Of a stretch of DNA of 64,000 bases, positions 36,709-46,672 are shown piece by piece. The DNA comes from an uncultured Planctomycetia bacterium (GTDB lineage: Bacteria > Omnitrophota > Gorgyraeia > VGKH01 > JBHPFN01). The DNA lies in the NCBI GenBank assembly GCA_964406665.1, contig CAYOSQ010000007.1, forward strand, positions 11,364 through 75,363, written 5' to 3'. The notes under the pieces are model-generated. The model was not told the DNA's origin. It saw nothing but the letters and a program-made list of their open reading frames with translations, and searched no databases. A program made the translations under genes and the position numbers. The number at the start of each line of letters is the position of its first letter. Positions within the stretch are counted from its first letter, which is position 1.

Positions 36709-37476
36709 GTGATGATTTATTTTATTTTACCGATTTATAACGAGGCAAGAAATCTTAGAGAGCTAATTAATGAAATCAGGCAGCTTCTGCTTGGGCAAGA
36801 ATGTAAGATCGTAGCCGTAAATGATGGAAGCACTGATTCTTCCCTTGATGTGTTAAACGAATTAGGCGATAAAGACTTATTGATAGAAAGCCAAAGAATA
36901 AATATGAACATCGGGGCTGTTTTTTCTGCAGGCATCTTACGCATACTTCAAGAGTCAACAAACCCTAATGATATTGTTATCATAATGGAAAGTGATCAAA
37001 CTAGCTCTCTTGATGAGATAAATGACCTTCTACATGAAATTAATAAAAACAACAAAGATGTGGTTGTCGCTTCAAGGTACAAAAAAGGTGGTGGCTATGC
37101 TCATTTTCCTATTTTGAGAAATCTGTTTAGCCATTGTGCAAACAAACTATTAAGCAGCATCTTTCCCATAAATGACGTAAAGGATTATACTATCTTTTTC
37201 CGTGCATACAGAATAAGCGCTCTTAAGAAAGCTGTTAATTATTTCGGAAAATTTGGATTAATTCAGTCCCGGGGATTTGCCGCCAATGCAGAGCTACTTA
37301 TCAAACTGTCTTTTTTTACTAACCAAATTACAGAAGTCCCTTTTGTTTATGATTACTCTAAGAAAAAAGGTAGAAGTAAAATAAGGATACTAAGCACCAT
37401 CAATGAAACTATAATGCTCATCGGATATCTGAAAGAAATATACCGCAAACTGGAAAAATTCAGAGACATTAAATAA
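36709..37476 (+). CDS. Dpm1-like GT2 polyprenyl-phosphate sugar synthase
   Basis: IYFILPIYNEARNLRELINEIRQ ... VAVNDGSTDSS... ...SDQTSSLDEI... is collinear with Dpm1/Ppm1 type. AAGGAGG SD at 36694-36700. The track start is a GTG; an ATG follows at 36712. Confidence 0.8.
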   Translation: MMIYFILPIYNEARNLRELINEIRQLLLGQECKIVAVNDGSTDSSLDVLNELGDKDLLIESQRINMNIGAVFSAGILRILQESTNPNDIVIIMESDQTSSLDEINDLLHEINKNNKDVVVASRYKKGGGYAHFPILRNLFSHCANKLLSSIFPINDVKDYTIFFRAYRISALKKAVNYFGKFGLIQSRGFAANAELLIKLSFFTNQITEVPFVYDYSKKKGRSKIRILSTINETIMLIGYLKEIYRKLEKFRDIK

Positions 37477-37477
37477 G

Positions 37478-37494
37478 TGTATTTTTTAAAAATA
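37478..37494. terminator. AT-rich palindrome GTATTTTTTAAAAATAC between convergent genes
   Basis: Seen in sequence between the + gene stop (37476) and the - gene stop (37513). Weak stem (A/T only). Confidence 0.25.
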
Positions 37495-37512
37495 CTTCCG
37501 CAGCAAAAAATA

Positions 37513-38922
37513 CTATTTTCTCAAAAAAACTTCGAGGGCACGATTGGCGAAAGTCTTGAAAGACTCAGGGATAAACTGCCGTATTGCTGTCAAATAAACA
37601 AAACAGCTATCAAAAAAAAGCACAAAAAGCGCTTTAGGGAAGCTAGTTTTTCTTAATACTTTAAATCTAAAAGTAATCTTTTCCCAATAAATTATTGCAG
37701 AAGAAATCTGTGGATACTTAAGCAACGAAGAAAACTGATGAGAATACGGCAAAATTTTACTATCCAGCCATTGATTATCTATGCATAGTTTATACAAGGC
37801 TGTGCCAGGATAGGGCTGGAAAATAGAAACCTGTAAAAAATTTGGCCCTACCTCCCTGTTTAAATCAATTGTCTCCTTTATCTCAGCTGTAGTCTCATAT
37901 GGCAGACCGACAATATTATAAGAATATGTCGGTAATCCTACATCGTGGCAGGTTTTAAATGCATTTTTTATCTGCTTATTAGAAACGTTCCTATTTAAAA
38001 CCTCTTTTCTGATTTTCTCAGAGCCACTCTCTATTCCTATGCAAACATTGGTACATCCGCTTCCCTTCAAATATTCACAAAGCTTAGGCGTAACCATTTC
38101 TGTTCTTGTGCTACATGAGTAAGTAAGATTAAAATCCTTGGGCAATTGCTGGCTGAACTCTTTAACCCAATTAATCGGAATAGCAAAAAGATCATCATGA
38201 AAAAACAACCTCTTGATTCCATACTTTTCTTTAAGCTCTTTAATTTCCTTAATTACATTTTTAACTGAACGCTTACGTATTAATTTACCTTTATCCTCAT
38301 ACAACTTGTGAAGATAAGAATTAATACAATAAGAACAATCATATGGGCAACCTCGCGAAGACATAATGTCCGCACCGCCGTTCCTCGATTTTATGTAACG
38401 CTCAATCTGAAAAATCTCTCTATCAGGAAATGGAATTGAATCAAGATCTGCAATAGGTGCATCTGCATCGTTGCGAATTATCTTCCCATTATCTTTTAAC
38501 CACAAGCCCTTTATATCAACAATCTGTTTTTTAGACTCAAGCCTATTACACAGCTCCAGCAAAGGCTTCTCCCCTTCTCCGATACAAACAATATCAACTG
38601 ACTTCTTAGCGATTACGCTTTCTGGCGCAACAGTTGGATGAACTCCACCAAAGATTATTTTTACCTCATTACCGAATTTATGCTTGATTTTCTCAGCAAT
38701 TTTTATTGAACGGTTAAATTCCCCCGTCCGCACTGAAAAAGCAACTATTTGAGGCTGAAACTTATCGATCTCCCTAATGGCAGTCTGAGAATTTCCTCCC
38801 CAGGTATAATCAACCAAGGCAGTTTTATGACCAGAATTCTTAATATATGCAGAAAGATATGCGATACCTAAAGAAATATTTTCCTGCCGCATAAAATTAG
38901 GATAAACAAATAATACCTTCAT
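37513..38922 (-). CDS. B12-binding radical SAM enzyme (class B rSAM)
   Basis: MKVLFVYPNF...LGIAYLSAYIKNSGHKTALVD (cobalamin-binding Rossmann), then SSRGCPYDCSYC (CxxxCxxC). Confidence 0.8.
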   Translation of the reverse strand: MKVLFVYPNFMRQENISLGIAYLSAYIKNSGHKTALVDYTWGGNSQTAIREIDKFQPQIVAFSVRTGEFNRSIKIAEKIKHKFGNEVKIIFGGVHPTVAPESVIAKKSVDIVCIGEGEKPLLELCNRLESKKQIVDIKGLWLKDNGKIIRNDADAPIADLDSIPFPDREIFQIERYIKSRNGGADIMSSRGCPYDCSYCINSYLHKLYEDKGKLIRKRSVKNVIKEIKELKEKYGIKRLFFHDDLFAIPINWVKEFSQQLPKDFNLTYSCSTRTEMVTPKLCEYLKGSGCTNVCIGIESGSEKIRKEVLNRNVSNKQIKNAFKTCHDVGLPTYSYNIVGLPYETTAEIKETIDLNREVGPNFLQVSIFQPYPGTALYKLCIDNQWLDSKILPYSHQFSSLLKYPQISSAIIYWEKITFRFKVLRKTSFPKALFVLFFDSCFVYLTAIRQFIPESFKTFANRALEVFLRK

Positions 38923-39054
38923 AATTTCAAAAGTACCTTTCAATGAAATAGTTACAGGTATATTGTATAGCTCTGTAAGAAAAATATCAAGCTAAGCTAC
39001 GATTATCTATTTTTTTGTTGCCAGCTTAACATTTATAGTATATGATTTGATAAT

Positions 39055-41142
39055 ATGATTATATCGCTTGCAGTATTTTTAGTTATTATCATCGGCCTTG
39101 GTTCTATAGCAAGAATTGCTGGCTGGTCCAAAGAAGATGCCCTTGAGAAATTTTTTATTACTTCTGGAATTGGATTACTTGCGATTCCTGTTGTAGGAGT
39201 CATATTCAACCTTCTAGGCATACCGATTGATTTCAAAAATTTTATCTATCTTGCTTTAACAATCCTTATCTTCTCTGTAATAATAGAGTTAATCCGCAAA
39301 TCTTCCAGATCCAGCATAAAAAATCTTATAAAAGAATTAATCTCCCTTCCCAATATTGCGCTATTAGTTATTTTTGGTATAGCCCTTTATATGTATTTAA
39401 AAGGAAGTTTTTCATATGAATGGTTTGAAGATTATGATCCCTGGCTTTATGCAGCCTCTACGAAATTCATTGCGCTTGAGAAAACTTTTAATTCTTCATT
39501 CTGGTCTCGAGTTTCCCAGCCGTATCCTCAGGGATTCCAAATCATCTTGGCAATTTTGCATCAGACCAATTCCAGCTTAAGCTGGACAATGAAATTTTTT
39601 AACGCAATAATTGTCTCCCTAAGCTACCCTATGTTTTATTATCTTTCTAAAAAACTAGTTCCGGGAAAATGGCCTTCCATAATCGGCACTGCTGCCCTTT
39701 TGTCTATGCCTGCTTGGTTAACTCATTTTATTTTCCCTTTCAGCCTTAGCATGACATCAATCCCGATTTTCTTTTATGCGCTTATTAAAAGTGAAGAAAA
39801 CAATAAATGGTTTACAATTGCACTCATTTCATTTATATCCATATGGTTCATTCACTTTTATTCAAGCTTTGTTATAACAATTATGTTATTTCTTTACTGG
39901 TTAAATAAATCGTTCTGTGAAAATAAATTTAATAAATCTATAATCTGGTTAACAATTTCAGGGATGGTTGTAAGTCTCTCAATTTTCTGGCTGCCTTCTC
40001 TTTATAAATTTAAGGATGAAATTCTCATAGATCAAAAAGTTCCTGCAGGATTACACGTATTTATCAATCCCATTAAATCGCTTATTGAAACCGGATACTG
40101 GATTAATGTTTTATCATTTATTTTATTTTTTATAATTATCATCTCAACACAAAAATTCTGGAGACGCGCCCTGAGCAGAATTACTTCTAAGTTTAATTTT
40201 AAATATACTAAAGCAACAATCTTTACAATTGCAATATCTTTAACAATGGTTGTGTTGTTGTGGCCGAAAAAGTTCATGCGCGTGCTTGGTTCAGGATCCA
40301 TGCCATATACCCTTGAACATTTTCTTTCTCTGAATACCGAACGCAACCTTATCCAAAATCCGTTTGGAATAGGAGCTGTTTCAATGGCTCTAGCTGCAGT
40401 TGGCTTTATTTACTGTATTGTCATAATAGCCAAGCTATTCTCGAAAGAAAAACAATTCACTGCACTAATATTTGTTTGGAGTATCTTTACTTTTTTAGGC
40501 GTAAGCAGTGCGAGATTTTCCTTAAACCTTATGCCTTTTAGAATGTGGTCATTCTTCGCGTTTTCTGTAGCTCTGCTTGTAGCTTTATGTTATAATCTAA
40601 TAACCAACAAAATAAAACAGCCGATACTGAAAATTTGCCTAACTGTTCTTTTGATAATTGGGTTTTCCTTCACATGGTTTCCTATAAAATACAAGCTAAA
40701 CAGCAATAGATGGAAAGAAGGTTGGCTAACCACCATTCAAGCTATTAATCTATATGTTTGGGTAGGTGAAAACTTACCCAAAAATTCCAAGGTGTACTCA
40801 CTGGGAACAAACCAATGTGTCCCCATAGTCTTTGATATGATTTCTTACCCTTGGGATTACGAAGTAAAAAATTATATAAATAAAGATATTGAGAATTCGC
40901 CATCGGATAATTATGAATTTCTTAAAGCCAAAGGCTATGAATACGTTATCGTTGATGTTTCTAGCTCCTTGTATCATTTTAACTACACTCATTACGAGCT
41001 TCCTGAAGGTGTAAAAAACGTACTCTTTATCAAAAATCTAAAATTGCTAAACTTCAAAAAAGCAATTATGCGACAGATGGATAATAAATTTGAACTCATC
41101 AAAGAATTCGGCGATACCGGAGCAATTTTTAAAATACTATAA
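39055..41142 (+). CDS. Polytopic GT-C membrane protein; degenerate STT3/PglB-family paralogue
   Basis: EL1-like EDYDPWLYAASTKF...W...YPQG resembles STT3 efDPYfnYraTrF...W...YPlG. The C-terminal NLPKNSKVYS-LGTNQ-CVPI sits at the ntPedAKVmS-WWDYG-yqI position. NYEFLKAKGYEYVIVD resembles AYkIMRsLDVDYVLV. The DxD and WWDYG acidic residues are missing. Confidence 0.45.
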   Translation: MIISLAVFLVIIIGLGSIARIAGWSKEDALEKFFITSGIGLLAIPVVGVIFNLLGIPIDFKNFIYLALTILIFSVIIELIRKSSRSSIKNLIKELISLPNIALLVIFGIALYMYLKGSFSYEWFEDYDPWLYAASTKFIALEKTFNSSFWSRVSQPYPQGFQIILAILHQTNSSLSWTMKFFNAIIVSLSYPMFYYLSKKLVPGKWPSIIGTAALLSMPAWLTHFIFPFSLSMTSIPIFFYALIKSEENNKWFTIALISFISIWFIHFYSSFVITIMLFLYWLNKSFCENKFNKSIIWLTISGMVVSLSIFWLPSLYKFKDEILIDQKVPAGLHVFINPIKSLIETGYWINVLSFILFFIIIISTQKFWRRALSRITSKFNFKYTKATIFTIAISLTMVVLLWPKKFMRVLGSGSMPYTLEHFLSLNTERNLIQNPFGIGAVSMALAAVGFIYCIVIIAKLFSKEKQFTALIFVWSIFTFLGVSSARFSLNLMPFRMWSFFAFSVALLVALCYNLITNKIKQPILKICLTVLLIIGFSFTWFPIKYKLNSNRWKEGWLTTIQAINLYVWVGENLPKNSKVYSLGTNQCVPIVFDMISYPWDYEVKNYINKDIENSPSDNYEFLKAKGYEYVIVDVSSSLYHFNYTHYELPEGVKNVLFIKNLKLLNFKKAIMRQMDNKFELIKEFGDTGAIFKIL

Positions 41143-41144
41143 AA

Positions 41145-42008
41145 ATGCCCAAAGTTAGCATTATTCTCCCAGCATTCAACGAAGAAAAATCAATAGGACC
41201 GCTTATCCGTCAAATCCAAACAATTATTAAAGAGGATTATGAAATTTTAGTTGTTGATGACGGCTCTACTGATAAAACTTTCTCGCAGGCACAAAAAGCA
41301 GGTGCTCGAGTACTTAAACACCCTTACCAACTAGGTAATGGCGCTGCAGTAAAAACCGGCATGAGAAATGCCGTTGGGGACATTTTCCTTCTTTTGGATG
41401 CAGATGGCCAGCACGATCCCAAATACATACCAGAAATTCTAAGCTTGATGGAAGAATACGACATGGTTGTAACTGCTCGCACAAAATGGACTGATGCTCC
41501 CTTGCATCGTAAATTTGCAAATGTAATTTATAATGCCCTTGCTTCTTATTTATCAAAGACTAAGATTCTTGATCTAACGTCTGGATTCAGGGCTATAAAA
41601 GCAAAAATTGCTAGAAATTTTATTTATTTACTGCCGAATACATTTTCTTATCCCTCCACTCTTACTATGGCTATATGCAAAACCGGCCATAGCTTGACTT
41701 ATGTTCCGGCAAAGCTAAAACCGAGAATCGGAAAAAGTAAAATAAACCTAATTTCCGACGGCGTTAGATTTATATTAATAATAATGAAGATTGCAACTCT
41801 CTTTAATCCCATGAGAATATTCTTCCCAACTAGCCTTGCTATTTCTGCCATGGGAATAGGCCATGCTGCCTATAAAATATTCGTACGCCACGAGCAATAT
41901 ACCGGCCTTTCTTTATTGTTTATTACTACTGGTATTATGGTATTTCTCTTAGGGCTTATTGCAGAACAAATTACTCAGCTTCGCCTTGAAAGAAGCGAAG
42001 GTAACTAA
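41145..42008 (+). CDS. GtrB/Dpm1-like GT2 polyprenyl-phosphate glycosyltransferase with C-terminal TM helices
   Basis: VSIILPAFNEEKSIGPLIRQIQ...ILVVDDGSTDKT...LLLDADGQHDP..., then two C-terminal hydrophobic helices. Confidence 0.8.
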   Translation: MPKVSIILPAFNEEKSIGPLIRQIQTIIKEDYEILVVDDGSTDKTFSQAQKAGARVLKHPYQLGNGAAVKTGMRNAVGDIFLLLDADGQHDPKYIPEILSLMEEYDMVVTARTKWTDAPLHRKFANVIYNALASYLSKTKILDLTSGFRAIKAKIARNFIYLLPNTFSYPSTLTMAICKTGHSLTYVPAKLKPRIGKSKINLISDGVRFILIIMKIATLFNPMRIFFPTSLAISAMGIGHAAYKIFVRHEQYTGLSLLFITTGIMVFLLGLIAEQITQLRLERSEGN

Positions 42009-42030
42009 ACTATCCTCATTCACCCTTAAC

Positions 42031-43128
42031 ATGATCCACGTTTTTATTGGAACAAAAGCTCAATTCATAAAAGTAGCGCCAATTCTAAAAGAACTAGATA
42101 ACCGCACTATTTCCTACAGATTAATCGACAGTTGCCAGCATAGTGATATCACAAAAGATCTAAGAAAAATATTCTCGATAAAAAATCCGGATGCATTTTT
42201 AGATGAAAAATTTACTAACATAAATTCTCTTCCTAAAGCTTTTCTCTGGGTTTCGAAAATAATCTTTAGAATTATTTTTTTAAAAAATAAGCTCAGAAAC
42301 AGTCTCTTTGGGGAAAATCCTTACGGTGTATGTTTAATTCACGGAGACACTCTCTCTACTCTTTTAGGTTTAATCATTGCTAAATCCTGCGGATTAAAGG
42401 TTGCTCACCTTGAAGCGGGGTTAAGAAGCTTTGACCTTTTTAACCCTTTTCCTGAAGAAATCATCAGGATCATTTGCATGAAGTTTGCTGACTACCTTTT
42501 TACCCCCTCACAATGGGCAGAAGATAACTTAATCAAAATGAATATAAGAGGAGAAATATTTAATGTAGGAGAAAACACAATTATTGATTCTATGGGGCTT
42601 ATGCTACCGCAAAAAAAGGATTTTAAATTTTCTGATATGAAGCCATATGCGATTATGAGTATTCATCGATTCGAAAACATTTATTCTTCTAAAAGACTTA
42701 AGCTTATCATCAATCTTGCACTTCAAATTTCTAATAAGTTAAATTTATTTTTTATTATGCATCAACCCACACAAAAAAAATTAGAGCGCTCAGGAGCTAT
42801 AAATCGCATAAAAAAAGAAAAGATCTATAATTATCCACTGACAAGCTATGATAATTTTATACTCATCCTAAAAAATGCTGAATTTATTATTACGGATGGC
42901 GGAAGCATCCAAGAAGAAAGCTATGCCCTTGATATCCCCTGTTTGTTAATGAGAAAAAAGACAGAGCGACAAGATGGTATTAGCGAAAATGTATGTCTTT
43001 CTAAATTCGATTCAAAAATAATTGATAATTTTTTAAAAGATTATAAAAGTTTTAGGAGTTTAAAATCTCAAAACGATGAAAGTCCTTCGAAAAAAATCGT
43101 AGATATAATTAGCGGCTTTCCTTCTTAA
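42031..43128 (+). CDS. UDP-N-acetylglucosamine 2-epimerase (WecB/Epimerase_2 family)
   Basis: MIHVFIGTKAQFIKVAPILKEL, HLEAGLRSFD, PFPEEIIRIICMKFADYLFTPSQ. The start was taken at the MIHVF Met; the track ORF starts at 41959. Confidence 0.75.
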   Translation: MIHVFIGTKAQFIKVAPILKELDNRTISYRLIDSCQHSDITKDLRKIFSIKNPDAFLDEKFTNINSLPKAFLWVSKIIFRIIFLKNKLRNSLFGENPYGVCLIHGDTLSTLLGLIIAKSCGLKVAHLEAGLRSFDLFNPFPEEIIRIICMKFADYLFTPSQWAEDNLIKMNIRGEIFNVGENTIIDSMGLMLPQKKDFKFSDMKPYAIMSIHRFENIYSSKRLKLIINLALQISNKLNLFFIMHQPTQKKLERSGAINRIKKEKIYNYPLTSYDNFILILKNAEFIITDGGSIQEESYALDIPCLLMRKKTERQDGISENVCLSKFDSKIIDNFLKDYKSFRSLKSQNDESPSKKIVDIISGFPS

Positions 43129-44116
43129 AACTAAAAGACTTAAAATTATCTAACCAGCCTTTTAAAATTCCTAGATAAAACATAATCAGATATTTCCATA
43201 ACAAAGGCGTAACAATCAGAATGTCTTTCTTTTTTTCTATTATGGAAAAGACTGCAAAAAAATAAATTAATAAAAAAGCTAAAAATGCCGAGGCAAGATA
43301 CATAGGTTGCCCAAAAGCTGCATAGGCGATAAAAAATAATATAGTAACAGGCAAAAGCGCAGCTATGCGGTAAAGCATATTACGCTTAATATAAAAATCA
43401 AAAAATGTTACACCCCTTTTTAAAACCCAGGATGAGAGCTCTTTCGAATCTTCGCGTTGAGAATAATGAATTTTTATATTTCTATGCTTAAGTATTTTAA
43501 TATTCTCGCGAAAAACGATATTTTCTATCAAGGCTATATCATCATTGGTGTTTTTAGTAAAAACTTCGGGAATTGATCTGAAAAATAAATCTTTTTCTAT
43601 AAAAAGGCATGTTGTTCCTTTGGGGATTCTACGAAAATTATTTTTAGTAATAAACACTTGTCCTTCCTTTTCATTAAGAGGAAAATACGGATAATAGTAT
43701 CTTCTTCTTATTAAAAAGAATAGCCGCTCAGTAGGAGTCATTGTTTTCTCTAATTCCAGCTGCCTACCTGCAATAAGCGGAGAATATCCTAAGCTCCAAT
43801 ACTGCTTTAAAATATCCTCGCTAGCTTCAACTTTTGCATCTATAAATAAAATAGTATTATAACTTGCTTGCTCAGCTCCAGTTTTTCGAGCAATAATTTT
43901 TCCGCAGTTTTTTGTCAAACGGATTATTCTTACAGGATAATTGCTTACAACTTCCGCAGAATTATCTGAAGAGCCATCATCTACAACAATTATCTCATAA
44001 TCATTGCTTAAACTAGCACCGCTAAGCTTAAGCAAGGCATCTAGACATTTTCCAATGAATTTTGATTCATTGTAAATAGGTACTACTATCGATATTCTTT
44101 CATGAGTTGGATTCAT
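43109..44116 (-). CDS. GT2 glycosyltransferase with C-terminal membrane helices
   Basis: ISIVVPIYNESKFIGKCLDALLK...IIVVDDGSSDNS...FIDAKVE, then hydrophobic C-terminal helices. Confidence 0.75.
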   Translation of the reverse strand: MNPTHERISIVVPIYNESKFIGKCLDALLKLSGASLSNDYEIIVVDDGSSDNSAEVVSNYPVRIIRLTKNCGKIIARKTGAEQASYNTILFIDAKVEASEDILKQYWSLGYSPLIAGRQLELEKTMTPTERLFFLIRRRYYYPYFPLNEKEGQVFITKNNFRRIPKGTTCLFIEKDLFFRSIPEVFTKNTNDDIALIENIVFRENIKILKHRNIKIHYSQREDSKELSSWVLKRGVTFFDFYIKRNMLYRIAALLPVTILFFIAYAAFGQPMYLASAFLAFLLIYFFAVFSIIEKKKDILIVTPLLWKYLIMFYLGILKGWLDNFKSFSFKKESR

Positions 44117-44134
44117 AAGATTAATTTCCTAAAA

Positions 44135-45967
44135 TTATTTTTTTAAAAGCTTTCTATTTATTCTCAAAACATACAGAGCTTTCATCTTTTCATCTATGTA
44201 TCCTGCATACTTTTTGTTTCTATCCAGCTCTTTTAATTGATTTAAATACTTACCTACCTTATCAAAATCTCCCTCCTGCCAATAGAATTCAGTAAGTTGA
44301 AAAACTAATCGAATAGTTGCTTCTCCGTGTGGCAATATCTCAAGCAAATGCTCGAATACGGATATTACCGCTTCCGTGGTATTTTCTACAGGATTATAAT
44401 ACTCAATGGCTGTAAGACCATTAACGTAAATATGTTTAAAATTATCTTCATTAAAATTTTCTTTATTATTTATAATTTCTTTATAAATTCCTTTTGAAGC
44501 AAATGCAAAGAATAATTTTTGATTAGGAATATTAAAACCGGCAAGTTTTCTTGCAGCTAGTATCAAGTTTCGATTACTGGTAGTTAACAGAGGAGAATAT
44601 TTCAATTCTTCATCATTGAAATAAAAGTACTCACCGTGCCAATCCGGAGTGAACCCACCATCAATTAAGGTTTCCATAATCAAAGCATCGCCTCTTTTTA
44701 CGCGCTCTTTTAGAGCAGCGTAGAAATCTCTCCAGGACCTATCCGCTGGGGCCAACTTTCTAGATTCAGCTCTAGCATTAAAAATATTATTCCCAACTAA
44801 TAGCAGCAGGCCTAATGTAATTATAGTCATAAAAGAATTTTTCATCCTTTTACTCTTTACTTTTCTCTCAATAATTTCTAAAAAGTCTTTTAAGCCAATT
44901 ACTACAACAAAAAACATAATAGGAATATAGGTTAGCACGTACCGTGGCTTAAAATCAGCTCCTTTAGTAGCAAGCCCAAACATAAACCAGCAAATAACAG
45001 GATAAATCAACATCACAAGCAATAAAGTCGTCTTTATCTGGGCAGTTTTTTTATCAAAAGAAGCCTCGCGCCTCTGTAATATTGAAGTTAGTAGAATTAC
45101 CGGAACTGCCAGAAATAATAAATATTTATAGTTTCCTATCAAGTCATAAAAAAGAAAATAATTTGAAGCTGAATATTCATTGATCAATCCAGCAGCCCTC
45201 TCCATCCATTGATCAAAGGGATTAAACCAAGCAGTGGATGAATTCTTTATGCGAGAAAAGATAGGATAAAATAATCCCAATGCTGCGAAATAGGGAATAA
45301 TGTCGCAACAGACTCTTTCGTGAATTTTCTGTTTTACAAAAAATAGCCCCAAAAACGCAGAAGTCACTCCAAAAACAAAAAGCATAACTATGGGCTGAAA
45401 ACCAATTGAACAAAGAAGGATAAATTGAGAAATTGTAAAGACTACACCATTCTTTACATTTTTTTCTTTGACAAAAGTATAATAAGAAAAAATAAACAAG
45501 ATAACACAAAAAACTGATACAGAATAAGGTCTTCCCTCAGCAGAATAGCGAATTAGCCAGGGATTAAAACAAATCAGCAAAAAACCAAAGAAAGCTATTA
45601 TTTTTCCGTAGTATTTCAATATGCAGAGAAAAAACAAAAAACAAGTAAAAGCACCAAAGAAAACTGCATGGATGCGAACCCCCATCTCATTTAAACCAAT
45701 AAAAGAGATGCCTATTGCTTCAAGATAATAATCTAAAGGAGGTTGCTGTTGAGATGCCGCCAAATCAATAATATTTGAAGTTATTATTTCTGCGGAAGGA
45801 TTCTGATTTTTAAATGTATCATCAAGCCAAATGCTTCTTGAACAGTACATCGCCTGTCGATCTTCATCCATCCAAATACTTCTAAAGGAAATCTCCCCCA
45901 GCCTTACAATAAAGGCTATAAAAAAAAGTACAACTATTAAAAGAATTAGAGAAAATTTATTATTCAT
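44135..45967 (-). CDS. PMT_2/ArnT-like GT-C glycosyltransferase fused to a C-terminal TPR-containing soluble domain (TMTC-like architecture)
   Basis: WMDEDRQAMY...QQPPLDYYL...GLNEMGVRIHAVFFGAFT is the PMT_2 (GT39/GT83) N-terminal signature. About 11 TM helices, then ~250 aa of helical repeats. Confidence 0.6.
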   Translation of the reverse strand: MNNKFSLILLIVVLFFIAFIVRLGEISFRSIWMDEDRQAMYCSRSIWLDDTFKNQNPSAEIITSNIIDLAASQQQPPLDYYLEAIGISFIGLNEMGVRIHAVFFGAFTCFLFFLCILKYYGKIIAFFGFLLICFNPWLIRYSAEGRPYSVSVFCVILFIFSYYTFVKEKNVKNGVVFTISQFILLCSIGFQPIVMLFVFGVTSAFLGLFFVKQKIHERVCCDIIPYFAALGLFYPIFSRIKNSSTAWFNPFDQWMERAAGLINEYSASNYFLFYDLIGNYKYLLFLAVPVILLTSILQRREASFDKKTAQIKTTLLLVMLIYPVICWFMFGLATKGADFKPRYVLTYIPIMFFVVVIGLKDFLEIIERKVKSKRMKNSFMTIITLGLLLLVGNNIFNARAESRKLAPADRSWRDFYAALKERVKRGDALIMETLIDGGFTPDWHGEYFYFNDEELKYSPLLTTSNRNLILAARKLAGFNIPNQKLFFAFASKGIYKEIINNKENFNEDNFKHIYVNGLTAIEYYNPVENTTEAVISVFEHLLEILPHGEATIRLVFQLTEFYWQEGDFDKVGKYLNQLKELDRNKKYAGYIDEKMKALYVLRINRKLLKK

Positions 45968-46124
45968 AATAACTAAGAATTACCGATGATGATTTTTTCA
46001 TTTCTGTATTTATTTTACCTTACCGCATATATGTGTCAATCTTATAATCGTTTAAGTTATAACTTGTTAATTTGCTTGTTCTTAAACTAGCCTAATGATA
46101 CAATATCCGAAAAGGAGGCAAAAA

Positions 46125-46649
46125 ATGAAACTATTAAAAATAATAATTGTCATCTCTTTTTGTGCTATTATCTTTCTACCTGCATCAACATTTGCACAAA
46201 AAAAGCAATACAAATTCTTTGACGGTGAAGATTGGACATATATAGATAGGCTAGAAATACCTGGAGAAACTAAGGTAAAAATTAAGGCACTGGTGTTAAG
46301 ACCAATGTATGAAACTACATTTTTGATGGGAAGTCCTGCGGTTGAAACTTCTGGGCCGATCATTGATTTTCTTCCTGATCTAGATAAGTTTTACGAACAC
46401 AAAGAAAACAAACCACTCCCCCTTCTCTTTGCATTAAAAATAATTGAAGCGCAAAGACGTGGAGCCTCAATACCAACAACTCAAAAACTTAGAAGTTCAA
46501 TGATTATTAAGCTAGTTAATGCAGGCGTAATAGATCCTGCCCGCATAAAGAAACTTTATGGAGAAAAAACTACAGAACCACCCCAAGAAAAACCTGGAAA
46601 AGAAGAATCTGAGGAGAAAAAAGGATTTTTCGGATTATTCAACCGGTAG
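46125..46649 (+). CDS. Secreted hypothetical protein
   Basis: Strong AAGGAGG SD 8 nt before the ATG at 46125. Signal peptide MKLLKIIIVISFCAIIFLPASTFA. The track ORF starts further upstream at 46095. Confidence 0.5.
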   Translation: MKLLKIIIVISFCAIIFLPASTFAQKKQYKFFDGEDWTYIDRLEIPGETKVKIKALVLRPMYETTFLMGSPAVETSGPIIDFLPDLDKFYEHKENKPLPLLFALKIIEAQRRGASIPTTQKLRSSMIIKLVNAGVIDPARIKKLYGEKTTEPPQEKPGKEESEEKKGFFGLFNR

Positions 46650-46672
46650 GAATTAATAATTTCTGTTTTGGA

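Noticed and set aside
40798-40870. YPWDYE in the 39055-41142 protein as a WWDYG-like motif
   Set aside because: When the C-terminal region is aligned with STT3, the WWDYG position corresponds to LGTNQ (after NLPKNSKVYS). The later YPWDYE is a chance resemblance at a non-equivalent position.
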